A stretch of 64,000 nt of DNA from Azolla caroliniana (Eukaryota > Plantae > Polypodiophyta), in the NCBI GenBank assembly GCA_043228905.1, contig JBHGNT010000014.1:8990001-9054000 (forward strand), in the 5' to 3' direction. Below the pieces are notes generated by a model. The model ran no database searches. It was not told the DNA's origin and saw only the letters and a list, made by a program, of their open reading frames with translations. This document shows positions 50,234-64,000 of this stretch, piece after piece. The translations under genes were made by a program, and so were the position numbers. Within the stretch, counting starts at the first letter, position 1, and every line of letters begins with the position of its first letter.

Positions 50234-53200
50234 TGTAAACGATTACTTGCGGAAGCGTTAGAAAACAAAGAAAGCAGAGAATACACAGAGTACACGGGAG
50301 AGACAGAGAGAGCAAAACGTAAAAGCTATATTCAAAACAATATAAACACTCTCTTACTTACAACTGTGCTCAGTAGCACTATTGTTGAGAGACAAGCTCA
50401 GCATTGGCCGGATCAGCTGAAGAAGCCGAGGACCGGATCGGTTGGGACTGATCAGTTAGGCCGAATGCGTAAACTGGTACGCAGACCGGTGCGTAGGTAG
50501 GGCCGGATCGGTGAGTAAACCGGGAGGCCGTTAGGAAAGGTATTCCGTGAGGAATATATTTGGGAGTTAGTGTAGGAGCTCTTAATGAGCATTGAAGTAC
50601 TGTCAGTACTTCGGTCAGTCCTTCTAGGACTTGTATAAAAGTATTCATTGAACACACATATGTATATAGGGTGGTGAATAGAGATTGAGTACTGTTGTTG
50701 AATATAGTTCTTGTTTTTCTCTCTCACTCTCTCTGTCTCTGTCTCTCCCGTGTATACTACGTAAGCTCAAGCTCTCCATTAAATCTGAGTTTTCTTCCTT
50801 CTGTTCGGTCTTCATACTTGCTTCCGCACGTTACTTTTTGCATGGTACCAGAGCGCGAGGGTTGAGAACCTCTCTGCAGTAGACACAGCTTGACAAAGAA
50901 GAACAAGAAGAACGATGGATAGAGGCATGGCGAGCTCGCTTCCAACAGAGGAGCTCAATAGAACCAACTACGCGTCTTGGTCCTACAAGATGCACCAGTA
51001 CCTGGTCGGGCACGGGTACTGGAGTTATGTCGAAGGAGCTAATGACGCGGCACCCGAATCGACACACAGAGACTTCCCGTCGTGGGCGCAATCGGCGACT
51101 AGGGTATTATACTGCTTTGCGTCGTTTGTGGACGAACAACTATTGAGCTATGTTCGGGATGCAAAGACGCCGAAGGGTGCGTGGGAAAATCTGAAGAAGA
51201 TTTTCGCCGCGAGCACCACAGCCTGGAAGCTTCAGCTCCGACAGGAGTTGAGCAACCTACGACAATGCGACTTGTCGGTGGCGGACTATACCTCGAAGAT
51301 CAAGGATATCTGCGACTCCCTCGCCTCCATAGAGGTGAACATCGAGGAGAGCGAGATTGTCTAGATCTGTCTCGGAGGTTTGGCGTCGAAGTTCGGAGCG
51401 TTCCGAACGGCTGTGTGTACCCAGGAGAATACGTCGTCCTTTTTCGACTTACAATCAATGCTCCTGGTAGAGGAGAACCACGCGGGTGCGTCTACAAGCA
51501 CGCACACCGACAGCAAAATGTTGTACACGGAGGGAGATAGGCCCCAGGGACGTGGAGGACGAGGGGAGTCGGCGCGCAATGGAGGCGGCCGACGAGATCA
51601 AGGAAGAAGGCACCGAAGTGATGCCGACAGCAACTCCGGACCCTCTGAAAATAGCGGGAGTCGAAGCGATGAGAACCGGCAAGGGAAGGCCATCGTGGAG
51701 TGCTGGTACTGTGGCAAGAAAGGCCACAGGGAATGTGAGTGCTTGAAGAAGCGCGCCGATTCGAAGAGAACCGGTTCGGGAAACGGCTCCAGACATACCG
51801 ACAAGGGAAATCGGCAGCGATCGCACTATGCCGAAGACTCCGGGAGAGCCGGAGAAGGGTCTGCCTTCGTGACGAAACATGAAGCAAACTCAATGAAACG
51901 GACCACCCCGAGATCAGACGAGGTGTGGTACATAGACTCCGGCGTGTCAAACCACATGACGAGCCATAAGGAGTGGTTCTCGTACCTTGAAAAACCGATA
52001 CAACCTGGAGTAGTCGCAACTAGAGACGACACTCCGCATCCAATCGCGAATGTCGGAGAAGTTCCCCTTAGCCATGTCGGGCAGAAAGGGAAACTCATGA
52101 ACGCGTTGCACGGTCCGACAATCACGAAGAACTTGGTCTCGGTCGGACAGATCGTCGACCAAGGGATGGAGGTTCGGTTTACACACCTCGGGTGCTTCAT
52201 TGAGGAAGAAGGCCGTGTGATTGCGCAAGGGCGCAAAGACGGGAGGATGTTCATCCTCGATTCCACTGACGACGGCACCGCAATGTTCGCGAAGGGATGA
52301 AAATCCGAGTCGGACATCGACTTGTGGCACAAACGGATAGGCCACGTCAACTACTACCAGCGGCTTCAAGACCTATAATCGAAACAAGTGGTGTTCGGAT
52401 TGCCCAAATTTAGTGGCCGAAAGGCACAAATTTGTGAAGCCTGCCAGCTTGGGAAGCAACACTGACTTCCTTTCCCCAACGAGCGAAACCGGAGCCGGAA
52501 CAAGCTCGACCTTATACACTCCGATGTATGGGGGCCGGCACAAAACGTTAGTCTTGGCGAGAGCCGATATTTCGTCTCCTTCATCAACGACCACACGCGC
52601 ACACGTGGATCTACCTCATTGAGAGGAAGAGCGAAGTCTTTGACTGTTTCCGGGACCTCAAAGGGTTCGTGGAAACGGAAACGGGACGAAAGATCAAGTG
52701 CCTGCGGTCGGATGGTGGGAAAGAGTATTTTTCTGGTCAATTCAACGGTTATCTACAACAAATGGGAATTCGGCACAAATTCAATTGTAGATACACGCCG
52801 GAGCAGAACGACGTGGCCGAGAGGAAGAATTGGTCAGTTGTGGAAGCCGCACGAGCAATGCTGGAGGAGAAGAGCTTGCCCAAGTTCTACTGGGCCGAGG
52901 CGGTAAGGACCGCGGTATACATCCAGAACCGGATCGGAGACAAAGTGTCGGCGCACGAGCTATATTTCGGAACGAATTTGAACTTGCGACACTTGAGGGT
53001 GTTCGGTAGCATTGCGTATGTGCATGTACCGAAGGAGAAAAGGAGGAAGCTGGACGCAAAGGCCGAGAAATGCATCTTGGTCGGTTACTCGGACGAGCAG
53101 AAGGGTTATAAGTGCTATAACCCTCGCACTAAACAAGTGCGTGTTAGCCGCGACGTTGTGTTTGACGAGTCCGCGTCCTGGTACCAGCCCCCAACTCCGA

Positions 53201-56200
53201 ACCCCGACTCCAATCCGAGTAATGACGATAAGGTCAGCGAGGCCGAGATGCCTCCAGATGAGCCCGAAATCGAAACCCGCGAAGAGAATCCGATTTCACT
53301 CCGTTTAAGTGGACCGATTAGATGACTGTGTCGGTACGATCAGTCCGATGAAGAGTCGGCGAGTACTGGAGACTCGGTCGTGCATTCCCCGCGCAGGAAG
53401 CCGAGGAGACGGCTTACGCGCAAAGAGAAAGGGAAGAAGAAGGTGTCGGATTCCGGCACGGATAGGAACAAGTCAGACCGACGCGAGTCCAACTCCAAGG
53501 GAACTGGTGACGGGTCTTTAAAGGTGAAGTCCGCGTCCACCGAGAAGGCCTCGACATCGGCTAATCTGAGATTACACCGATCTACCCGCCAGAAGAATCT
53601 TGTTTTGCGGTTTGGATACAATGAGTACATGGCGCATCACTATGCGTACATGACCCGTGTAGCGGAAGTGCGTGAGCCGGAGAGCTACGCAGAAGCGGCG
53701 AAGGACGTGAATTGGCGCGCCGCGATGGAGGAAGAGATGCACGCATTGGCGGAAAACGAGACCTGGGATCTTGATGACGCACCGAAGGGTGTGAAGCCGA
53801 TCGGATGTAGGTGGGTGTACAAGGTCAAGTATAACACCGATGGCTCGGTCAACCGATACAAGGCCCGGTTAGTGGCAAAAGGTTACGCGCAAAAACACGG
53901 CATCGACTACGATGAGACGTTTGCGCCGGTCGCAAAAATGACGACCGTCCGTGTTTTGCTCGTAGTAGCTGCGGTGAAGGGGTGGCACTTACATCAGATG
54001 GATGTAAAGAATGCGTTCCTGCAAGGTGACCTTGAGGAACAGGTGTACATGGTACAACCCCCCGGATTTCACTCTGGAACGAACTCCTCGGCAGTATGCC
54101 GACTGAAGAAGTCCCTTTACGGACTGAAGCAAGCCCCGCATGCCTGGAACGCGAAGATCACGCAACAATTGTGTCGGATGGGCTTTGTCACGTCAAAATC
54201 AGACTCTTCCCTGTTCATCTGGAAAGGTCCACTCGGACCGGTTAGTATTTTACTATATGTTGATGACTTGGTCATCACCGGCGTCGACCTAGGTGAAATC
54301 GACCACGTGAAGCTCCAGCTTGCGGCATCGTTCGACATGAAGGATCTGGGGGACCTTCATTACTTCCTCGGGATCGAAGTGATCCGTACCCCCGAAGGCA
54401 TATTGATCAGCCAACATCATTACGTGCTGAGTATGCTCTTCAAATTCGGGATGGCCAACTGTAAGTCCGTCTCGACTCCTCTAGACAGAACCGTCAAGCT
54501 TCGTCCCTATACGGGAAAGGTATGTGACCCGACGAGGTTCCGACAAATTGTCGGAAGCCTCATATACTTATCGGGAGGCTGTTAGGAAAGATATTCCGTG
54601 AGGAATATATTTGGGAGTTAGTGTAGGAGCTCTTAATGAGCATTGAAGTACTGTCAGTACTTCGGTCAGTCCTTCTAGGACTTGTATAAAAGTATTCATT
54701 GAACACACATATGTATATAGGGTGGTGAATAGAGATTGAGTACTATTGTTGAATATAGTTCTTGTTTTTCTCTCTCACTCTCTCTGTCTCTGTCTCTCCC
54801 GCGTATACTGCGTAAGATCAAGCTCTCCATTAAACCTGAGTTTTCTTCGTTCTGTTCGGTCTTCATACTTGCTTCCGCACGTTACTTTTTGCAACTATTT
54901 ATACAAGTCCTCGTGGGACTGACAGAAGTACCACGTACTTCAATGCTCACACGAGCATCTGACACTTACTACGAGACTATAACTGCCTAGTAGTCTGAAC
55001 TAATACTAGGCTTCTAGTTACCGATTGGATTCGGCTAACCGGCTCTATTGCTTGACGGCTCGGTTGCTCACCGGCTTACCGATCCGTCTCGCTCGCCGGC
55101 TCAGGCTTATCCAGCCGATCCGGCTCCAGTTGAGCTTACCGCTCAACACTGCCCCTCAAGCTCAACTTTAGGTTGGATCCTAGTGCCAGCCTCTGTGGCA
55201 GTCGGTTCCTCCAACCGACTTCTCCTGGCGTCGTTCCGCCTTGCTCGCGCTCCTCGTCCGGTCCAGTTCTATTTGCCGCGAACCCTCTTGTTCTGCGCAC
55301 CTCGACCTCCTCGGTCGGCTTGTCTACTCAACAGGCCCAATTCAGCCCCCTTGCTGTTGTGACTTCGGCACATTCCGGTTCGCCGACTCCTTCGTGTTGG
55401 CGTCGACTTTCGCTGCCTTCTCGTCCTCTTGGCCTTGAGTTGATCCAGTTCTTCTGAATCGGTCTGTTGAACCGAATCGATTGTCTCCGATTCGTTCCAG
55501 CTCTTGTCCGAATCGGTTGCTCCCGATTTGTCTTCTGGTTCCAAGCCCTTCACCACATCGGACCATGTCTGGGTCTTGGCCTTCTTCCTTCTGTCGGCTC
55601 TGACCTTCTTGACTCTGTAGCCGCTGCCGCTTGTTTCAACTTGTTCGGACGTGTCGACTTCCCTTGTCGACTCGGCTCCTTTCTTCTTCTTGAGTCTCCC
55701 TTCATCGGTTCTTCCCTCACCGGCGCAATCGGCAGTCTCTTTGCCTCTGCCCGTTCCGGTGTCTTTGCCCATTCTCCCCCTCAAGTGTGGCACGTCGAGA
55801 TACTGAACACCAAGCATTTTGGTGAAGTGCTGCAACTTGTCTGATCCGAGTGGTTTGGTGAAGATGTCGGCAACTTGCCAATCCGTGTGAACATACCGAA
55901 GTTCGAAATCACCGCTCAGGACACGCTCACGCACGAAGTGATAGTGCACTTCTATGTGCTTTGTGCGAGCATGGAATACGGGGTTCTTGGCGAGTTGCAT
56001 GGTACTTATGTTGTCGTATTAGACCAGAATCGGGGTCGGTACCTCGATCCGTAGGTCTTGCAGCAGTCGCTGAAGCCAAATGTCTTCACAGATGGCAATG
56101 GTAGTGCCCCGATACTCAGCCTCAGTGCTCGACAGAGCAACTGTTGGCTGCTTTTTGCTGCTCCACGCAACAGTCGTGCTACCTAGGGAAAACATGTAAC

Positions 56201-59200
56201 CGGAGGTTGATCGGCGATCTGATGCATCGCCGGCCCAGTCGACATCTGTGTAACAGACCAGCTCTTCGGGTATACCACGCCGGTATAACAGGCCCCGGTC
56301 CTTCATGCCGCTTACATATCGCAGTATCCGCTGCACGCACTGAAGGTGCTCCACGGTCGGCTTATGCATGAACTGGCTTATCATTTAGACCAGATAGCTG
56401 ATGTTTGGTCGCGTGATAGTCAAGTAAATAAGGCTTCCGACAATTTGTTGGAACCGTTTCTCGTTGCAGGCCGGTTCGGAGTTGGGACGAAGCTTCTGGT
56501 TCCGGTCCAACGGTGTGGAGACAGGTCGGCATTCTGTCATGCCAAACATGTACAACATATTCAAGACGTAATGTCGTTGTGAGAGCAATATGCCGTCGGG
56601 GGTTCGGATCACCTCAATCCCAAGAAAATAATGAAGGTCCCCCAGGTCCTTCATCTCAAATGCGTCCAACAACTGGGACTTGACGCGGTTGACTTCTGGA
56701 AGACCAAGTCCGGTGATGACTAAATCATCAACATACAATAGGATACATACCGGACCAGATGAGCCTTGCCGGATGAACAACGAAGAGTCGGACTTGGAGG
56801 CCGCAAACCCCATCTTGCACAACTGGTGCATGATCTTCGCATTCCAAGCTCAAGGGGCTTGCTTCAAGCCATACAACAACTTCTTCAGCCGGCATACCGC
56901 CGACTTGTTCATCTCCGATTGAAAACCGGGGGGCGGAGTCATAAAGACTTCTTCTTCAAGATCACCATGAAGAAATGCATTCTTCACATCCATCTAGTGA
57001 AGATGCCACCCTCTTGCTGCAGCAACCACCGGCACCACACGAACTGTCATCATCTTAGCTACCGGAGTGAAGGTCTCGTCGTAGTCGATTCTGTGGGTCT
57101 GCGCGTATCCCTTCACCACTAACCGGGCCTTATATCAGTTAATTGAACCGTCGGCGTTGTACTTTACCTTGTACACCCACTTGCATCCGATCAGTTTACA
57201 GTGACGGGGAGGGTCAACTAGGTCCCATGTCTCGTTGAAATCAAGTGCCCGCATTTCTTCCTCCATAGCAGCACGCCAATTTGCGTCCTTTGCCGCTTCT
57301 GCGTAGCTCTCCGGCTCACGCACTTCCGCCACTTTAGTCATGTATGCATAGTGATGCGCCATGTACTCATTGTACCCGTACCGCGTGACAGGATCCTTCT
57401 GGCAGGTGGACCGGCGTAACTCACCGTTACCTAGTTTAAGGCCTTTCTTGGCCAGTTCAGTCTTCGTTGCCGGAGTCGGATGCACACCGATCCGACTCAT
57501 CGTTGCCGGTTTTGAATGCCAGCATCTTTTTCTTTCCTTTCTCTTTGCGCATGAACCATCTCCTCGGTTCCTTGCGCAAGGAGAGCACGGCAAAGTCTCC
57601 CAGTAGAATTTGGGCATGCTCTTCTCCTCCGGCATTGCCCTTGCCGCATCAATAAGCGACCGGTTCTTCCTTTCGGCAACACCGTTCTGTTGCGGTGTGT
57701 AGCTGCAGCTGAACTCTCACCAAAGTCCCTTCTGTTGTAGATAACTGTTGAATTGGCCGGAAAATTACTCTTTTCCGCCATCCGACCACAAGCATTTGAT
57801 CTTCCTCTCCGTTTCCCATTCCACCATGCTTTGGAGACTCCGGAAACACTCGAAGACTTCACCTTTCCGCTCAATGAGGTAGATCCATGTGTGCCGCATA
57901 TAGTCGTCGATGAAGGAGACGAAATATCGACTCCCGCCAAGACTAACATTCTGTGCCGGTCCCCACACATCCGAATGGATAAGGTCGAGCTTGTTACGGC
58001 TCCGGTTACGTTCGGTAGGGAATGGAAGCCGGTGTTGCTTCCTGAGTTGGCAGGCTTCACATACTTGGGCCTTCCGGCCGCTGAACATCGGCAAACCGAA
58101 AATAACTTGTTTCGCTTGCAGGTCTTGAAGCCTCCGATAATTCACGTGGCCTATCCGCTTGTGCCACAGGTTGATGTCCGATTCGACATTCTGTCCTTTT
58201 GCAAACAGAGCGGTGCCGACGTCATTGGTGTCGAGGATAACCATCCTCCCGTCTCTACGCCCTTGCGCAATAATCTGGCCCTCTTCCTTGATGAAGCACC
58301 CGAGGTGCGTAAACTGCACTTGCATCCCTTGGTCGACAATATGTCTGACCGACACCAAGTTCTTCGTCATTGTCGGAATGTGTAATACGTTCATCAGCTT
58401 CCCCTTCTGTCCGATGTGGCTCAAAGGGACTTCTCCGACGTGCACGATTGGGTGAGGAGTTTCATCTTTGGTTTCGACTACTTCTGGTTGATCCGGTTTC
58501 TCCAAAAAGAAGAACCACTCTTTGTGGCTCGTCATGTGGTTCGACGCACCGGAATCAACATACCACACTTCCTCCGATTTGGAAGTGGTCTTCTTCATCG
58601 AGTTCACCTCATGCTTCATCACCAAGGCTGGCCCGTTACCGTTCTTGGATCCTCTCGATCCCTTCGCGAGCTTTGCTGGCCTTACCGGATCCGGATTTGT
58701 CTGAATCGGCCCGTTTTCTCCAACACTCGCTTTCTCTGTGGCCCTTTTTGCCACAGTACCAGCATTCCATTGCAGTCTTCTCTTGCCATCTTCCGGTGCC
58801 ACCATGACTCCCCCTGCTCCCGGAGGGTCCAAACTTGTTGTCGGCACATTCTCTATGCCTTTGTTCCTGGTCTTGCCAGCCGCCTCCATTGCGTGCCGAC
58901 CCGCCTCGTCCACCACGCCCATGGGATCGATCAGCTTCTGTGTACAACATCCGGCTGTCAATGGGTGCGCTAGTTGATGCACCAGCGTGGTTCTCCTCTA
59001 CAAGGAGCATCGACTGTAAGTCGAAAAATGACGGCGTATTCTCCCTTGTACACACCGCCGTTCGGAACGCTCTGAACTTAGATGTCAGGCCCCCAAGACA
59101 GACCTGTACCATCTCGTCTTCCTCTACAGTAACTTTGATAGAGGCAAGCGAGTCACATATCTCTTTGATCCGGGCCGTGTAATCCGCCACCGACATGTCC

Positions 59201-60005
59201 TTCTGTCGGACATTGCTCAACTTCTGTCTGAGTTGCAACTTACGGGCTATAGTGCTTGCGGGGAAAACCTTCTTCAGGTTTCCCCAAGCCTCCTTTGGCG
59301 TCTTGGCGTCTCAGATGTGGCTCAGCAGTTGGTCTCCAACACTGGATGTGAAGCAGTACATCACTCTATTTGTCGATTGTTCCCACACTAGGAAATCCTT
59401 ATGTGCCGCATCAGGTGTTGTTTCGTTGGCTCCTTCGACGAAACTCCAGTAGCAATGCCCAAGCAGGTACTGGTGCATCTTGTACGACCAAGATGCATAG
59501 TTGGATCTGTCGAGTTTCTCCACAGGGAGCGAGCTAGCCATTCCTCTATCCATCACTTCTCTGTCTGTTGTTCTTACGACCTGTTAGGGTTTGCTTTCAA
59601 GCGTTTGTCGTGCTCTAATACCATGTAAACGATTACTTGCGGAAGCATTAGAAAATAAAGAAGGCAGAGAATACACAGAGTACATGGGAGAGACAGAGAG
59701 AGTAGAACATAAAAGCTATATTCAAAACAATATAAACACTCTCTTACTTACAATTCTGCTCAGTAGCACTATTTATACAAGTCCTCGTGGGACTGACAGA
59801 AGTACCTCGTACTTCAATGCTCACGCGAGCATCTGTCACTTACTACGAGACTATAACTGCCTAGTAGTCTGAACTAATACTAGGCTTCCGATTACCGATT
59901 GGATCTGGCTAACCGGCTCTATTGCTTGCCGGCTTACCGATCCGTCTCACTCACCGGTCAGGCTTATCCAGTCGATCCGGCTCCAGTTGAGCTTGCCGCT
60001 CAACA
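50234..60005 (-). mobile_element. Ty1/Copia element (family C) with both LTRs; its 3' LTR is split by a nested insertion
   Basis: 5' LTR 59624-60005; 3' LTR 50234-50382 plus 54894-55148; TSD GGAGG/AGAGG; PBS TGGTATTAGAGC; gag-pol 59556 to ~55150; IN C-terminal deletion at ~57598. Confidence 0.94.
50383..54893 (+). mobile_element. Ty1/Copia element (family C) with a deletion of the RT end, RH, PPT and LTR start
   Basis: 5' LTR 50383-50842; PBS TGGTACCAGAGC; partial 3' LTR ~54572-54893; perfect TSD ACTAT. Confidence 0.94.
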
Positions 60006-61238
60006 AGAGGTTTCTGCATAAATTGGCTAAGTAGACTGACTAAATAGCTAAGGTCGGGTCGGGTAACGGTTAGATAGATTAAGCTACTTAACAGTTGAGT
60101 ATACTGAGTTAGCTCACAAATTTTTGTTCCTGAATCGGCATCAAGCTTGAGATTTCGATCGAGAGGGGGTCAACACAAGTTTGCACTAAGTCATCTCGAA
60201 CTTCTAGAGTAAGTTGAGAATGTACTGCCGTTGAGAGATCAATATCCTAACTGGTGTCTGAATTACTTCGATACCGAGGAAGTAATGGAGTTCGTGCATA
60301 TCTTTCATTTTGAATCTTCCGGATAGGAGCATTTTGACCTTATTAATGTCGGCGAGATCCTTTCCTCCAATGACCAGATCATCCATGTAAATGATGATGA
60401 CAATTGGGTTGTCCGACTCATTTCGGATGTATAGGGAGTTGTCCGATTTCGACATTCGGAAGCCGATTAGTTGAAGATATTGGGTGATCTTCGAATGCGA
60501 AGCACGCGGTGCTTGCTAGAGTCCATATAGCGGGTTCTTGAGTCGGTAGACTGCTTTCGGGTGTTTTCTCAATTCGAAACCAGGTGGTTGAATCATGAAG
60601 ACCTCCTCTTGTAATTCCCCTTGTAGGAAGGCGTTCTTTACATCCATCTAGTGGAGGTGCCACCCTTTTGCAGTTGCGAGAGCAATGACTGTCGGAACGG
60701 TCGTCATCTTTGTCCCCAGGGCAAAGGTCTCTTCGTAATCAACTCTGTGTGTTTGGGCATATCCTTTCGCTACAAGTTTGTCCTTGAAGCGATTTACCGA
60801 TTCGTTGGCATTATATTTTACTTTATATATCCACCTACAACCGATCACTTTCTTATGTGAAGAATGGGGGACAAAATCCCATGTCTCGTTTTTGCATAGA
60901 GCTTGCATTTCCTCGTTCATGGCTTCGATCCATCGTGGATCCTTGGCTGCCTTGGAAAAGGTTTCCGGTTCCCAGACTGTTGCCACCTTCATCATAAAGG
61001 CATAATTATATGCCATATATTCATCGTAGCTGAATTGGCCAACCGGGTTTTTCTCTCGGGTGGAGCAACGTAGCTTCTCCTTTGCTCAATCGTCTAGATG
61101 ATTGGGATATCAAGGCCTTTGAACTCACTATCAAAGAAGTGAGTTGACTCGTTGTCGATCGGATCTTCATATTCTGGCATTTTGGCCTTCCCTTTGTCGA
61201 GTTTCGGACTCAGCTGAGTTGTGCTTTGATCACTCATG

Positions 61239-61305
61239 TGTTGGGAGATAGGTCCCTCCGGATGGGAAGGGAGAAGAACAGTGTTGATGAACAAACTCGG
61301 CCGAC
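61239..61305 (+). repeat. 5' fragment of a family B LTR
   Basis: TGTTGGGAGATAGGTCCCTCCGGATGGGAAGGGAGAAGAACAG, nearly identical to the start of 12134. Confidence 0.88.
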
Positions 61306-63938
61306 TCTCATTGCTTCTTTTGGCACTCCACTTCGTAGTGGCTAAGTTTCCCATAGGGTTTACAGTTTACGGTTTAGCATATATGTTGTGGAGATGTGAT
61401 TTATAATGAGGTTACAAAGGAGGTCCTCAATCACATGATCTTGTTGGACAAAGCAGTGCACACCTTTCACTCCTAATTTTAGGTCTTCTTGGGCTCATGT
61501 AAACCAAGTATTACGAATTGATGGCACGAACCATGAAATTAAGAAGGAAGCAAAAACCATGAATTTTTAATTATCTGATGCAGATTACATCAATCTTGTT
61601 CTACAAAAATTCAAAGATCAAGTGACGTCGAGATAGCCAACACACCCTTGGGCAATCAATTCCACCTATCCAAATATATATAGGATAGTCCCCACAAATA
61701 GAGGAAGAGAAAGAACCCATGGCTACAGTTCCTTAGTCATGGAAGTTTCAGTTTCATGTAGTTGCTGACCATGTCATCAGTGGTTGTTAGCATATTTCCA
61801 TCAAATCCAAGAAAGACTCATTAAGGAGCAGTCAAATGGACTTTGAGGTATATATGAGGCACCGGAGTAAAATAGTGTTTTTGCATTTTGGCTTTATTTT
61901 GGCATGTCTGTTCAATGGTGATGCCCATGTGCCATACACAACATACAACATGGAAAATCATGACCCAACAATGCATTATCTATTTCTTACACCTTCTAAA
62001 ACCTCTATATATCTATTGAATTTTAATCAGCAAGTGAAGGTGCAAAACATCTTATTAATGCATAAATATGTACCTTTAGGAATATGGGAACAATGCTAGA
62101 AAAGGTGAATAGAGCAACTGCATACCCTAGAAATGGAAGTACCTACATAGGCATGCACAAAGGGTTTTAGATATATATGTCTACATGCATGTGAGGATAA
62201 TGACATTGTAACATGTGATATTTGCAGGTTGTACAAATACAATGAATAAGATCACATTTAAGGTAAAATCCCAATTCATCAATTTTTTTATGTGCACTAA
62301 TTAGAAATATTATTCTTACAATGTGGGAAGAAAATATGTTTATCAATTTAACTTACTTCATAAATATCCCATGAAATAGATTTGATCTCATGTAGCTCTA
62401 AAACACATCTGCAGCATCAATTGATGACCTTATTAGTCTCTTAATTTAATTGCAAATGATCTTGTATATTAAACCTAAATAATTAGTCTCGTATTTTATT
62501 ATGTTTCAAATGTGATACTATTTAAATACATATTGTGTTAAAATTAAGACATACTGTAAAAAACTATTGTGTTAGAATGCTAGTACACCTATTCATGTGA
62601 TTATTTGCATTTAACATTATTATTATTATTAAAAAAATGTTGTGAGCCATTCGATGTGTACAAAAATTGTTAATTAATCATAGTATGACTAAACTAATTA
62701 TCAATAAATTATCTCACTACATGGACATTAACATTTGGACATTAACGTTAATCAATTTTTAAAACTCTTCTTTGTTAGTTAACTTATTTCGGATATATTG
62801 TGAGATTTAAACGAGAGAGAGAAAAAAAGAGAGAAGAGAGAGGGGGGGAGAAAGAGAGAGATAGAGCAAGAATGCGTTATGTTCTAAAAGTTACATATCA
62901 TTTGTTATGTGGTATATTAGAGGTTACAAATCATGCACCTCTTCATCTAAAGTGATATGAAGGGGTACATTTATTTTCTAACAATAAAATGCTAAAATAG
63001 GTAAACTAAAACATTTCTAAATTATCAATTATTCTGACACCTCCCCCCATTGCAACATCGAATGAATGTGGCAACATGGTGTCTAGATATTCTGAACAAA
63101 CACACAATGATCGACTTTAGCAACCAAGTGTAAATCTCATGCTTGAATCCAAACCTCGATAATGAAGCGTAGTCAGTTTGCTTTCTATGTATGAGAGCAG
63201 TTCCGATGTATGAGGGAAGGCCATGTTTTCCAATAGAATTAAGGGAGTGTTCACATTCTTGACTTGTCAATTGAATATGCACTACACGAAGAGTTTACGT
63301 TAAACATAATGCTTTGTCGATAAGTAGATGAATCGAGCACGTGGTGAGATCATCTATTTTCTTGCACCATACTCTCTGAGTGAAGAAATGTGGTTAGGGT
63401 AAGGTTACTCCAAGTAGTACCCGAGAACATATGTGGCAAACTCTAAGAGTTTAGGTTGAAGATCATCCGTTGTCAATAAATAGACCAGTTGGGCACTTGG
63501 TGTAGTCAATACATTTTCACTTGAATGACGATAGGTGGTTATATGTTGAGTTTCATGGTCGGGCTCTCACCATAGGCCTTCCATAGCCAATCTGAACTTG
63601 ACACATGCACAAACAAGAGATGGACATTGGAATTTGGATTACCACAAGGCATCTCGTTATGTTAGTTTTGGGTCCAAGAAGAGATAGAAATAAAAATGTG
63701 AAAGCAAAAACAAAAACAAAAGTAAAAGAAGAAGCACAGCCATGGCCGAGAAATGCAACCGCAATAGGAGGCCTCCTCCACCACCTCCATATCTAATGAG
63801 GCTCCATACCCACTAGATTTTAATTCTCCTCCCCTCCTCCCTTATTGTCTACTATATAGTATGGTAGCACTGTGTAAGCTCCCTCTCCCTCCTACCGTCT
63901 CTCTCTCTCTCACACGGCTATGTGGCCATGGTTTTCTG

Positions 63939-63940
<2 letters not shown>

Positions 63941-63970
<30 letters not shown>
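63941..63970. repeat. (TC)n microsatellite
   Basis: Direct reading of the sequence. Confidence 0.95.
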
Positions 63971-63974
<4 letters not shown>

Positions 63975-64000
63975 CTAACCTAATTATATAAATCATGAAC

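Larger units (their letters stand above)
49480..61355 (-). mobile_element. Old Ty1/Copia host element (own pieces 49480-50233, 60006-61238, 61305-61355)
   Basis: RH GYTDAGWA..DRRSTSGF at ~50100; RT at 60010-61000; frame rejoins across the insertion (SQFMQKP-PNIHLDC); left LTR boundary tentative. Confidence 0.8.

Noticed and set aside
63025-63600. Possible decayed coding sequence on the minus strand
   Set aside because: Multiple stops and no recognisable domain; cannot be supported without a database search.

Overview
This is eukaryotic, land-plant-like DNA (possibly a fern or other non-seed plant; that is inference, not shown by the sequence). It consists almost entirely of nested LTR retrotransposons, and I found no recognisable host gene, RNA gene or CRISPR array. 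I resolve more than 15 insertions, most bounded by TG...CA termini and eight of them by target-site duplications (TSDs). They include many decayed Ty1/Copia copies; a very young Copia at 26239-31704 (TSD GGGTC, one in-frame TAG between gag and pol); a full-length non-chromovirus Ty3/Gypsy at 14481-23140 (minus strand) with a ~860-codon extra ORF and no obvious polypurine tract (PPT); a second Gypsy-type family with a tRNA-Trp primer site and an apparent 4-bp RCGT target; a chromovirus 3' remnant; and several solo LTRs. The most unusual signals are: (i) a Copia family whose Pol frame continues ~220 codons past RNase H, between two PPT-like tracts; (ii) the Gypsy extra ORF and missing PPT; (iii) the Trp-primed, 4-bp-TSD family. 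AT-rich stretches at about 41072-42310, 46798-47330 and 61360-64000 are unassigned. Boundaries were read by eye and divergences are approximate.
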